Positions 1 through 8,946 of a DNA stretch of 64,000 nt are shown piece by piece (the stretch's first letter is position 1; each line of letters opens with the position of its first letter). A model generated the notes under the pieces. The model saw nothing but the letters and a program-made list of their open reading frames with translations, was not told where the DNA came from and did not search any database. Location: contig CACIRX010000001.1 in assembly GCA_902589175.1 (NCBI GenBank), positions 186,938-250,937 on the forward strand, read 5' to 3'. The DNA comes from an uncultured Pelagibacteraceae bacterium (lineage in GTDB: Bacteria > Pseudomonadota > Alphaproteobacteria > Pelagibacterales > AG-422-B15). The position numbers and the translations under genes were made by a program.

Positions 1-1
1 A

Positions 2-1003
2 AGACTGAAATCAATTAACATTGGCGGTGTATTGGTATCAAACGCTACATTGCATAATTTTGAAGAAATAGAAAAAAAAGATATTCGTGAGGGTGACTCT
101 GTTATTGTTGAAAGAGCAGGTGATGTAATTCCTCATATTCTTGAAGTCGTATCTAAGAATAAAAAAAATAGACCAAATCTTTTTAAACCACCCAAATCTT
201 GTCCAATATGTAAATCACCAATAGTTATTGACCCTGATGAAGTTGTAGTCAGATGTTCAGGTACTTACGTATGTGATGCTCAAAAAATTGGCAGGCTAAA
301 ACATTTTGTATCAAGAAGTGCGCTAGATATCGAGGGCTTGGGAGATAAGCAAATTAATCTATTTTATAATAAGGGACTAATAGAGGAATACGCTGATATT
401 TTTGACCTTGAAGCAAAAAGAGATGTAATTGTCAATATTGAAGGATGGGGCACACTTTCCTATAACAATTTAATAAATGCAATAGATCAAAAGAAAAAAA
501 TTGAATTATCAAAATTTATTTATTCCTTGGGAGTTCGTTTCGTGGGGCAAATAAATGCAAAATTAATCGCATCAGCTTTTTCAAACATTAAGAGCTTTAT
601 AAGTTTTTTTGAAGGAAAGAGCGATATACTTAGCACCCTTGAGAATACAGATGGACTGGGTCCAAAAGTTATTCAATCATTTATAGAATACTCATCAATT
701 AAATCTAATAAGAAACAAATATTAAAACTAACCCAGAGGGTTGATCTATTTATAAAAAAAATAGATACCGTTAAATCAAAAATAACTGGAAAGAAGATAA
801 TTTTTACTGGAACACTGTCATCAATGTCTAGGGCTGAGGCAAAAACAAAAGCTGAGAAACTCGGCGCAAAAGTCGTTTCATCAATAAGTAAATCAACAGA
901 TATACTCGTTACAGGTGAAAATTCTGGATCAAAGTTAAAAAAAGCAAAAGAATTAGGTGTCAAGGTAATGAATGAGAAAGAATGGTCAAATTTAGCTAAT
1001 TAA
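2..1003 (+). CDS. ligA: NAD-dependent DNA ligase, C-terminal part (5' truncated by window edge)
   Basis: Open frame from position 2. Contains SNATLHN, RAGDVIP, a Cys4 Zn finger (CPIC...C...C), HhH repeats and a C-terminal BRCT domain (FTGTL...GSKLKKAKELGV). Confidence 0.97.
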   Translation, partial: RLKSINIGGVLVSNATLHNFEEIEKKDIREGDSVIVERAGDVIPHILEVVSKNKKNRPNLFKPPKSCPICKSPIVIDPDEVVVRCSGTYVCDAQKIGRLKHFVSRSALDIEGLGDKQINLFYNKGLIEEYADIFDLEAKRDVIVNIEGWGTLSYNNLINAIDQKKKIELSKFIYSLGVRFVGQINAKLIASAFSNIKSFISFFEGKSDILSTLENTDGLGPKVIQSFIEYSSIKSNKKQILKLTQRVDLFIKKIDTVKSKITGKKIIFTGTLSSMSRAEAKTKAEKLGAKVVSSISKSTDILVTGENSGSKLKKAKELGVKVMNEKEWSNLAN

Positions 1004-2741
1004 TCAGGGGGGAAGTTTGGTTTATCAGCCATTTTTTCTCCTGTTCATTCATAAATCGCAATAGATTTGATTTTACATCTGAGTGATACTTATCAATCCA
1101 CTCAATTTCCTTTTTATTCAACATTTTTTTATTTATTAAATCTCTCTCGAACGGAGCCATTGTTAATGTTTTAAAATGCAAATAACCTTTACTTATTTGA
1201 GACATAATTAGGCTCTCAATCCTTATACCGTAGTCATTTTTTTTATAGAAACCAGGTTCATTTGAAACAACCATACCTTCTTCAAAAGATATTCTAGAAA
1301 ATTTTGAAATAGAAGGGGGACTTTCGTGTACATTTAAGAAACAGCCTACTCCATGTCCTGTTCCGTGTTCAAAATTACAATTTATTTCTTTGAGATATTT
1401 TCTTGCGAGATTATCTAATTTTTTACCTTTTTCTCCGTACTTAAATTTACTACGTGCAACTGCAATATGACCTTTTAGGACTCTTGTATACATATCTATT
1501 TGATCTTTGCGTGGCTTATTAAAACTTATTGTTCTCGTTACATCAGTTGTTCCATCAAAGTACTGAGCGCCAGAGTCAACTAAAAATAAATCAGATTTTC
1601 TTATTTTTTTGTTTGTTAATTTATTTGCACGATAGTGAACAATTGCTCCATTTGAACCTGTACCTGCAATAGTTGGAAAGCTGAGTGAAAAGAAATTTTT
1701 ATTACCCTTTCTTAAATTATCTAAATATTTAATTGCATCCATTTCTGTTATTTTTTTATTTTGTACTTGGTTTTTAATCCAAAAAATAAATTTTGTTAAT
1801 GATGCACCATCCCTTTTATGAGAATTAAGCATACCCTTTTGCTCAGTTTTATTTTTTTTCGATTTTAGTAACTGTATGACATCCCCTTGAAGTTTTAATG
1901 TCCCATAATTTTTAATTGCATTAGCTAGATTAAAATTAATCGTATTGATATCACACATGAATGATTTATTAATTCCACCCTTTTTAATGAATGGATAAAT
2001 ATCTTTTTGCTTTTTAAAAGAGACATCAATTTTTAATTGCTTTCTTAAATTGTTTTTGCAATCAGAAAAAATATAACATTTTCCAGTTTTATGAATAATT
2101 GCTTGAGATAGAAATATAGGTGTATACTCAATATCATTTGATCTTATATTGAATACCCACGAAATTGAATCACATGCAGTTAAAACATAGTAATCTGTTT
2201 TAGATTTTTTTAAAAAATCGACAATTTTATTTATTTTACTTTTAGTGCTTTCTCCCGCAAAACTTTTATCTAAAACAAATGGCCTTGAGATGCTTTTCTT
2301 TGGTTTCGTTTTCCAGATTTGATCAATGAGATTTTTCTCTAGTGGTATTAAATTTGTTTTTTTACCTAAAGATTTTGAATATGATTTAATTTTAAAATAA
2401 GGCAAAATGTTACCATCAAACCCAACATTTTTAGCTTTTTTTAATTTTAGCAAATTTAATGGAGTGAGTTTATTGTAATTAAATATCTTATATTGCCCTT
2501 TATTTACTTCATTCTGAGCTTGGATGGTATAACGTCCATCAACAAATAAATATGCTTCTTTTTTACCTATGATGACATCTCCAGCTGATCCAGTAAAGTT
2601 GCTAATCCACTCTAGTCGTTTACTGTAATTTGGCAAAAATTCATTCTGATATTCGTCTGAGTGTGGAATTAAGTAATAATCAATTTTATTTTTAATTAAC
2701 AGTTTTCTTATTTCAGCAATTTTTTTTGAGGTATTCAACAT
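996..2741 (-). CDS. Xaa-Pro aminopeptidase (aminopeptidase P, M24B)
   Basis: Motifs DSGAQYFDGTTD, HGTGHGVG, VHE, NEPG and GIRIE; creatinase-like N-terminal domains. Confidence 0.93.
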   Translation of the reverse strand: MLNTSKKIAEIRKLLIKNKIDYYLIPHSDEYQNEFLPNYSKRLEWISNFTGSAGDVIIGKKEAYLFVDGRYTIQAQNEVNKGQYKIFNYNKLTPLNLLKLKKAKNVGFDGNILPYFKIKSYSKSLGKKTNLIPLEKNLIDQIWKTKPKKSISRPFVLDKSFAGESTKSKINKIVDFLKKSKTDYYVLTACDSISWVFNIRSNDIEYTPIFLSQAIIHKTGKCYIFSDCKNNLRKQLKIDVSFKKQKDIYPFIKKGGINKSFMCDINTINFNLANAIKNYGTLKLQGDVIQLLKSKKNKTEQKGMLNSHKRDGASLTKFIFWIKNQVQNKKITEMDAIKYLDNLRKGNKNFFSLSFPTIAGTGSNGAIVHYRANKLTNKKIRKSDLFLVDSGAQYFDGTTDVTRTISFNKPRKDQIDMYTRVLKGHIAVARSKFKYGEKGKKLDNLARKYLKEINCNFEHGTGHGVGCFLNVHESPPSISKFSRISFEEGMVVSNEPGFYKKNDYGIRIESLIMSQISKGYLHFKTLTMAPFERDLINKKMLNKKEIEWIDKYHSDVKSNLLRFMNEQEKKWLINQTSPLIN

Positions 2742-4960
2742 GGTTTTAGAAAATCAGATATTAATTTTTTTGTACCATGTTTATCAAAATCCACAACTGC
2801 CTTTGTGCCGTCAATATCTTTTATTCGACCAATACCAAATTTTTTGTGTTCAACCGTTTGCCCTATTTGAAGTAAAACATCATCGTTTATATCTCTAACA
2901 TTTTCTATTTCCATATCAACTATCGTTCGATAACTTGAAGATGGATTATTTTTAAAATCTAATTTTCTTGGTTTAAAATCAAAATCTTGATTAAATTCAT
3001 CAAATTCTTGATTTTGGAATCTGTCCATATGGCTTGACGCGTGATTAATAGTTTTTATTAATTCTTGATCTAACTCCTCAATAAATCGAGATTGCAATGA
3101 AGGCATCCAATTATTTTGAAATCGCCGACTCATTGATGTCGAGATGTTTATTATTTTTTTAGCTCGCGTTATGCCGACATATGCAAGTCTTCTTTCTTCT
3201 TCAATTCCTTTATTGCCAGTTTCATCAATTGTTTTTTGGTGAGGAAAAAGACCTTCTTCCCAACCTGGCAAAAAAACATAATCATATTCAAGACCTTTTG
3301 CGGCATGAAGCGTCATGATACTTACTTTATTGTCTTCATTATTTTCATCTATGGCTGTAACTAAAGATACATGCTCTAAAAACTCCTCAATGCTGTTATA
3401 GTCTTCCATCGCAATTATTAATTCCTTAATATTTTCTATTTTTGTTTGGGCAGAGACATTTTTATCATTTTTAAGCATATTCATATAACCAGACTCATCG
3501 AGCAGCATTTTTAAAATGTCATAAAACTGCATATTATCGATAGATGATTTTCCTCTATCGATAACAGAAATGAATGCTTTTAAGCTTGCAGATATTTTTT
3601 TGGTAAATTCATCTGTATCAACCATTTCTTTTGATGATTGATACAATGAAATTCGTTTTTGTTTTGAGTAAGATAAAATATGATTAAATGATTTTTCTCC
3701 TATGCCTCTTTTAGGGACTGTTAAAGCTCTTTCAAATGCGACATCGTCTTGACTTTCATAGACCAGCCTAAGATATGAAACAGCATCTTTTATTTCTGAT
3801 CTCTCATAGAACCGAATACCACCTACAATACGATAAGGAATTGAATATTTAATCAGAGACTCCTCTATTTCACGTGATTGAAATACTGCCCTTACTAATA
3901 TTGAGATATTGTTGAGGTCAGGGTTATCGTCACTATACTTCATAATATCCTGAGCAACTAAATCAGCTTCGTCTCTACTTGAATTAACTAAATGTAAATG
4001 TATGGGCTCTCCATCACCCTGGTCCGAAACAAGCTCCTTGCCAAGTCTATATTCGTTATAACTAATTAATGATGATGCAGACTTAAGTATATTGTTTGTT
4101 GATCGATAATTTTGTTTAAGTCGTATTACCTTTGCATTTTCGAATTCTTTTTCAAATCGAAGCATATTATCAACTTCAGCGCCACGCCAACTATAAATTG
4201 ATTGATCATCGTCTCCAACACAACAAACATTTTGATGGTGAGAACCAAGAAGTTTAAGCCATTTATATTGTGCAGCATTGGTATCTTGGTATTCATCCAC
4301 ATGAATATATTTAAAATTATTGCTATAACGTTTGTGAATATCTGGGACTTTAAAAAGATTGATACATTGTAAAAGCAAGTCACCAAAATCTAAGCAATTA
4401 ATTTCAAACAACCTTGCTTGGTAAATTTTATAAATAGAGAGACTCTTTTCATCGACTAAATTATCTAGTGACTCAGATTTTATATCATTTGGATTAAGAG
4501 CTTTATTTTTCCAATGATCAATTTTAGATTGTATTAATTTTGGTGAAAACTGAGATTGGTCTAAGTTTTCAGCTTTTATGATTTGCTTGATCAGGGAAAG
4601 CTGATCATCCTTATCAAGTATCGTAAAACTTTGTTTAAGACCAATTACCTCTGCGTGGTTTCTAATTATTTTTGCTCCAATTGAATGAAAGGTTCCCATC
4701 CAAGGCATCTTTTCCATATTTCGACTTACCAGTTTTTGAACACGTTCGGACATTTCTCTGGCAGCCTTGTTAGTAAAGGTTACGCAAAGAATCTGAGAGG
4801 GGAATGCTAAGTTATTATCTATGATATGAGCAACTCGCGTAGTAAGTACTTTAGTTTTTCCAGTTCCAGCTCCTGCAATAATCAGATTTGGACCCTCGGT
4901 ACTACAAACAGACTCATATTGTAGTGGGTTAAGACTTTCTAGGTAATTTACTTCAGTCAT
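2735..4960 (-). CDS. uvrD: UvrD/PcrA family DNA helicase II
   Basis: AGAGTGKT, TFTNKAA, DEYQD, VGDDDQSIY, QNYRS, HAAKGLE, EERRLAYVGITRA; C-terminal Tudor-like HKKFGIG. Confidence 0.96.
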   Translation of the reverse strand: MTEVNYLESLNPLQYESVCSTEGPNLIIAGAGTGKTKVLTTRVAHIIDNNLAFPSQILCVTFTNKAAREMSERVQKLVSRNMEKMPWMGTFHSIGAKIIRNHAEVIGLKQSFTILDKDDQLSLIKQIIKAENLDQSQFSPKLIQSKIDHWKNKALNPNDIKSESLDNLVDEKSLSIYKIYQARLFEINCLDFGDLLLQCINLFKVPDIHKRYSNNFKYIHVDEYQDTNAAQYKWLKLLGSHHQNVCCVGDDDQSIYSWRGAEVDNMLRFEKEFENAKVIRLKQNYRSTNNILKSASSLISYNEYRLGKELVSDQGDGEPIHLHLVNSSRDEADLVAQDIMKYSDDNPDLNNISILVRAVFQSREIEESLIKYSIPYRIVGGIRFYERSEIKDAVSYLRLVYESQDDVAFERALTVPKRGIGEKSFNHILSYSKQKRISLYQSSKEMVDTDEFTKKISASLKAFISVIDRGKSSIDNMQFYDILKMLLDESGYMNMLKNDKNVSAQTKIENIKELIIAMEDYNSIEEFLEHVSLVTAIDENNEDNKVSIMTLHAAKGLEYDYVFLPGWEEGLFPHQKTIDETGNKGIEEERRLAYVGITRAKKIINISTSMSRRFQNNWMPSLQSRFIEELDQELIKTINHASSHMDRFQNQEFDEFNQDFDFKPRKLDFKNNPSSSYRTIVDMEIENVRDINDDVLLQIGQTVEHKKFGIGRIKDIDGTKAVVDFDKHGTKKLISDFLKPC

Positions 4961-5172
4961 AACTGACCCTTTAAGTGATTCAGAACATATAGTCTAATTG
5001 CGCTTGATAAATTGGAAGTGTTCTTCGTCTTATCTATTTTTGAGATTATTTTATCTGGAGTAGTATTTTCTTTTTTGCTTAGTTTTAATATTTCTTCCCA
5101 AAATTCAGTTTCAAGAAATACACTTGTAATGTGGCCATCTATCTTGACAGTGCGCTTATTAGAATTGGGCAT
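4957..5172 (-). CDS. Ribbon-helix-helix (RHH_4) family protein
   Basis: KRTVKIDGHITSVFLETEFW...NLSSAIRLYVL pattern; this family typically lies downstream of fumC in alphaproteobacteria. Confidence 0.85.
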   Translation of the reverse strand: MPNSNKRTVKIDGHITSVFLETEFWEEILKLSKKENTTPDKIISKIDKTKNTSNLSSAIRLYVLNHLKGQL

Positions 5173-5179
5173 GAACGAA

Positions 5180-6574
5180 CTATGAAGAAGAAATCATTTT
5201 TGATGGATTGAGAAGAGACTTCATCTTTCTCACATCAATATATTTTAGCATTTTATTTGCCTCAATTAGCGTAATATTTTTCTTATGTGCAAGCTTTGCG
5301 AGTTCTGCAGCTTTTTCGTACCCAATCTCAGGGGCAAGAGCAGTCACGAGCATTAAAGAGTTCTCAACACCTTCTTTTATATTTCTTAAATTCGGTTTAA
5401 TTCCCTTTAGGCACTTATCGCAAAAGTTTGTAATCCCTGAGGATAATAAATTGATTGCATTAATTATGTTAAAACCAATTACTGGTTTAAATGCATTAAG
5501 TTCAAAATGACCTTGAGTTCCTGCCATTGATATTACGTTATGACTACCCATAACCTGTAAACAAGCCATTGTTAAAGCTTCACTTTGAGTTGGATTTACC
5601 TTACCAGGCATTATAGATGACCCGGGTTCATTCTCAGGTAAATTCAGTTCTCCTAGACCTGATCTTGGTCCAGAAGCTAACAGCCTAATGTCATTTGCTA
5701 TTTTGAAAAGATCCGTTGCAATAACATTTAATACTCCCGATAGTTCTACAAGAGAGTCATGAGAGGCCAAGGCTTGGAATTTATTGTTTGCAGGTTTAAA
5801 TTTAATTTTATTAATTTTACTTATTTCATTTGCAACAAGTCTATCGAACCCTTTTTTTGTATTCAGACCTGTTCCAACGGCCGTCCCTCCTTGGGCTAAA
5901 TAATTTAAGTTAATCAGAGCTGTCTTCAGTCGTTTAATGTTCATATCAATCTGAGATTGATAACCTGAAAATTCTTGTCCAAGTGATAAGGGAGTTGCGT
6001 CTTGCAAGTGTGTCCTACCGATTTTGATGATACTTTTCCATTTCTTAGACTGGCTACCTAAAGTTTTTTCCATTTCATTTAAAGCCGGAATAAGTTCATC
6101 TGTAACTTTTTTTGAGGCCGCAATATTAATTGCAGATGGAAAACTGTCATTAGTTGATTGACTTTTGTTGACATGATCATTCGGGTGAACTGGACTATTC
6201 GTTCCAAGTTTTCCGGTAAGTTTTTTATTGGCAAGATTAGCGATGACTTCATTTACATTCATGTTAGTTTGAGTTCCAGATCCAGTCTGCCAAACCGAAA
6301 GAGGGAATTGATCATCATGCTTACCGGTAAGAATATTTTTTGATGCACTAATTATTGCATTTGCTATTTTAGGAGCTAAAGACTTTTGTTTTTGATTTAC
6401 TTTCGCGCAGGCCATTTTTATTGTGACTAGTGCATGTATAATCTCTATAGGCATTAAATTATTGCCAATTTTAAAATTCTTTAATGATCTTTGAGTTTGA
6501 GCTCCCCAAAAATTACTATTTGAAACTTTTATTTTGCCGATACTGTCTTGTTCTTGTCTTGTTTTTTGATTCAT
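5180..6574 (-). CDS. fumC: Class II fumarate hydratase
   Basis: GAQTQRS, QTGSGT, HPNDHVN, GRTHLQDA and the GSSIMPGKVNP signature. Confidence 0.98.
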   Translation of the reverse strand: MNQKTRQEQDSIGKIKVSNSNFWGAQTQRSLKNFKIGNNLMPIEIIHALVTIKMACAKVNQKQKSLAPKIANAIISASKNILTGKHDDQFPLSVWQTGSGTQTNMNVNEVIANLANKKLTGKLGTNSPVHPNDHVNKSQSTNDSFPSAINIAASKKVTDELIPALNEMEKTLGSQSKKWKSIIKIGRTHLQDATPLSLGQEFSGYQSQIDMNIKRLKTALINLNYLAQGGTAVGTGLNTKKGFDRLVANEISKINKIKFKPANNKFQALASHDSLVELSGVLNVIATDLFKIANDIRLLASGPRSGLGELNLPENEPGSSIMPGKVNPTQSEALTMACLQVMGSHNVISMAGTQGHFELNAFKPVIGFNIINAINLLSSGITNFCDKCLKGIKPNLRNIKEGVENSLMLVTALAPEIGYEKAAELAKLAHKKNITLIEANKMLKYIDVRKMKSLLNPSKMISSS

Positions 6575-6646
6575 TTGAATTGTAGTATACTACCTTACGT
6601 ATATATATGGTAACGATTTAAGTTTTTTAAAGGCCGAGTGACGAAA

Positions 6647-6662
6647 AGTGGGAGACTTCTGT
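6647..6662. repeat. Copy 1 of 16-bp direct repeat AGTGGGAGACTTCTGT (tmRNA 3'-end duplicate, att-like)
   Basis: Exact match to 8947-8962. Confidence 0.95.
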
Positions 6663-6819
6663 TTTTCTCACATATTTGAAATATAAGACTATATCTCATT
6701 ATTCAATTCTTCGTTACAGACTTCGTTGCAAGTTTGCGTGATTCAGCACAAACTCTGTTTTCTGACTTCTTTAAAATCTAATTTATAGTATAGTTTTTTT
6801 GTATAAAATTAGTGAATAC

Positions 6820-7779
6820 GTGAAAAAAATTATCTTATCTTTCATATTAATTTTCATCTTTCCATCATATGCACCAGCACTCGATAGTTATGGTATTTAT
6901 GAGGCGCTGAATAAATCAATAGTTAGAATAAACATATGGCAGGATTTTGAGAGTGATAACGCCTATACAATTACTGGGGGGAGTGGGGTCGTTATCAATG
7001 AAAAAAATGGTGTTTATTTTATATTAACTAATGCTCATGTTTTACTGGAAGAATTTTGTTTAGTTAATGAAGACGGTTGTATAGAAAAAATTTGGGGCGA
7101 AGATTTTACAATTGCAATTGATACACCGGATACAGAATTTGAATATCCAGTAAATAATAACGACTTTATGTATTGGTCTGATTATGATTTTGCCGTGATA
7201 AGAGTTGATATGAATAATTATATTATAGAAGATCAATATCATGATTTTAGTCCTATTGCGATTGGTGGCAATTGGCACCCTCTAATGAGTGTGTATGGCG
7301 CTGGTTTTCCATCTATTTTAGGAAATTACGATAAAGATTATGCTGAATTAGTTTTCTGCTCTGGAGTTGTTAATACAATGTTCATGGATGAAGATTCCTT
7401 ATACCAACTTGGTAATTATTCTATCGCGCATAGTTGTACGTTAGCAGGAGGCATGAGTGGTGGACCACTTGTCGATGATGAAGGGTTATTACTTGGAATA
7501 AATGGATTATCTGGAGGAGAAGAACTCTACACTGATGAGCAGGGTAACTTAGTAGATGTTGATATTGCTTCTGCCCGATTTGATTATGCCATGGATATTT
7601 GGGAATTATATCGTCTTGAAATAATTAGTTTTGAGGATGAGGATGGTCACTTTAATCCTGATAGTCCTTTTTACGAGTATTTGCCAAAGTTATCTTATGA
7701 TTACCATGCCGACTTTTATGATAGTTATGTTGAGTTATATCCGGAGGAAATAGATAAAACTAGATTGCTATTTGACTAA
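6820..7779 (+). CDS. Secreted trypsin-like (S1) serine protease, strongly acidic
   Basis: TNAHV (His), DFAVIR (Asp), GGMSGGP (Ser); signal-peptide-like N-terminus from GTG 6820; D/E-rich. Confidence 0.85.
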   Translation: MKKIILSFILIFIFPSYAPALDSYGIYEALNKSIVRINIWQDFESDNAYTITGGSGVVINEKNGVYFILTNAHVLLEEFCLVNEDGCIEKIWGEDFTIAIDTPDTEFEYPVNNNDFMYWSDYDFAVIRVDMNNYIIEDQYHDFSPIAIGGNWHPLMSVYGAGFPSILGNYDKDYAELVFCSGVVNTMFMDEDSLYQLGNYSIAHSCTLAGGMSGGPLVDDEGLLLGINGLSGGEELYTDEQGNLVDVDIASARFDYAMDIWELYRLEIISFEDEDGHFNPDSPFYEYLPKLSYDYHADFYDSYVELYPEEIDKTRLLFD

Positions 7780-7791
7780 ATAAAATAGTGA

Positions 7792-7807
7792 AGTGGGAGA
7801 CTTCTGT
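7792..7807. repeat. Copy 2 of the 16-bp tmRNA-end repeat
   Basis: Exact 16-mer. Similarity to tmRNA extends to 7818 (25/27 identical: ...TTaCCCtGTGTC versus ...TTgCCCgGTGTC). Confidence 0.95.
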
Positions 7808-7827
7808 TACCCTGTGTCCTCTAAAAT

Positions 7828-8061
7828 TTATTTTTCATCTTCTTTTGTTGCCTGTATATATAAATAACCTCCTATTCCGAAAATAATCGGAAAAAAAGGG
7901 ACTGGAAAAAGAATCCAAGATATTATCTCTCCATCAGAAAAAGTTAAGTTTATCCAGTTGTATACATCAGGCAAAATCGGATAATTGCCAAACGTAGTTA
8001 TATAGATAACACCTACAGCTCCTCCTATAAAAATATATAGAATTAGTTTCTTATCAGTCAT
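7828..8061 (-). CDS. Small two-TM membrane protein of unknown function (paralog of 8124-8348)
   Basis: YIFIG..VGVIYI..FGN.P.LP and P.P.FPI.FGIGG.LY are shared with the neighbouring ORF. Confidence 0.8.
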   Translation of the reverse strand: MTDKKLILYIFIGGAVGVIYITTFGNYPILPDVYNWINLTFSDGEIISWILFPVPFFPIIFGIGGYLYIQATKEDEK

Positions 8062-8123
8062 TTTTTATTATTAATATTTGAAAATAGAATTGTTTAGCAA
8101 AGTTTTATCTAAATTTATTATTC

Positions 8124-8348
8124 TTAATCTTCTTTTATAGACTCAAGATATAAAGAACCCCCAATGCCAAAAAATATAGGAAAAGCAGGTATCGGATAAA
8201 GAAGTAATCCCCAAACCTCATTATCCATTGCTTTGTGCAACTCTGGTAATAATGGATCATTTCCGAACAAGTTAATATATATAACACCTACAACAAGTCC
8301 GATAAAAATATAAAACCAACGACGATTATTTAATTGTTTTTTTGTCAT
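8124..8348 (-). CDS. Small two-TM membrane protein of unknown function (paralog of 7828-8061)
   Basis: Same shared motifs; AAGGA SD-like sequence upstream. Confidence 0.8.
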   Translation of the reverse strand: MTKKQLNNRRWFYIFIGLVVGVIYINLFGNDPLLPELHKAMDNEVWGLLLYPIPAFPIFFGIGGSLYLESIKED

Positions 8349-8408
8349 GATCCTTAAATTAATTTATTTTTACTTTAAGTGCACTTTCAAAATTAGTCAT
8401 CTAAATTT

Positions 8409-8424
8409 AGTGGGAGACTTCTGT
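8409..8424. repeat. Copy 3 of the 16-bp tmRNA-end repeat
   Basis: Exact match to 8947-8962. Confidence 0.95.
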
Positions 8425-8573
8425 GCTTCGTCTTATGTCTCCTATGTCTTACTATACATCATATATTAAAAACTTCGTGCAAAACTTCGAGAAGAGAAAT
8501 TAGGGTTTTCAAAGAATTTTGTGATTATTCTTTTTTTATTTCCTCTTTTGTAAAATAGTATAAATTGAAAAAT

Positions 8574-8933
8574 ATGACTTTTGGTGAATCAATATCTACA
8601 TGTTTTAAAAAATACGTTGATTTTAACGGAAGAGCAACTCGATCAGAATTTTGGTTTTTTACTCTATTTTGTTGGATCGTAAGTTTTATTTTGCTGCCTT
8701 TAGATATCGCAATCTTTCCTTACCAGGATTGGGGACCGCTTGGTACGGCATTTTCGCTTGCAATTTTTTTTCCTTCTATTGCTGTTGGATCAAGAAGACT
8801 ACATGACTCAAACTATTCTGGTTGGTTACAACTTTTAGCAATTACCATAATAGGTTTAATTCCTCTTTTAATTTGGTTTATTCAAAAAGGGGATATTGAA
8901 GATAATCGATTTGGTTCTGATCCTCTAAGATAA
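8574..8933 (+). CDS. DUF805 (YhaH-like) inner membrane protein
   Basis: KYVDFNGRATRSEFW, RRLHD.N.SGW, N.FG.DP; ATG at 8574 (alternative TTG at 8565). Confidence 0.92.
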   Translation: MTFGESISTCFKKYVDFNGRATRSEFWFFTLFCWIVSFILLPLDIAIFPYQDWGPLGTAFSLAIFFPSIAVGSRRLHDSNYSGWLQLLAITIIGLIPLLIWFIQKGDIEDNRFGSDPLR

Positions 8934-8946
8934 TTATAGTTTAATT

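Noticed and set aside
6582-6593. 12-bp palindrome GTAGTATACTAC just upstream of fumC
   Set aside because: Single occurrence, no assignable regulator, and could arise by chance.
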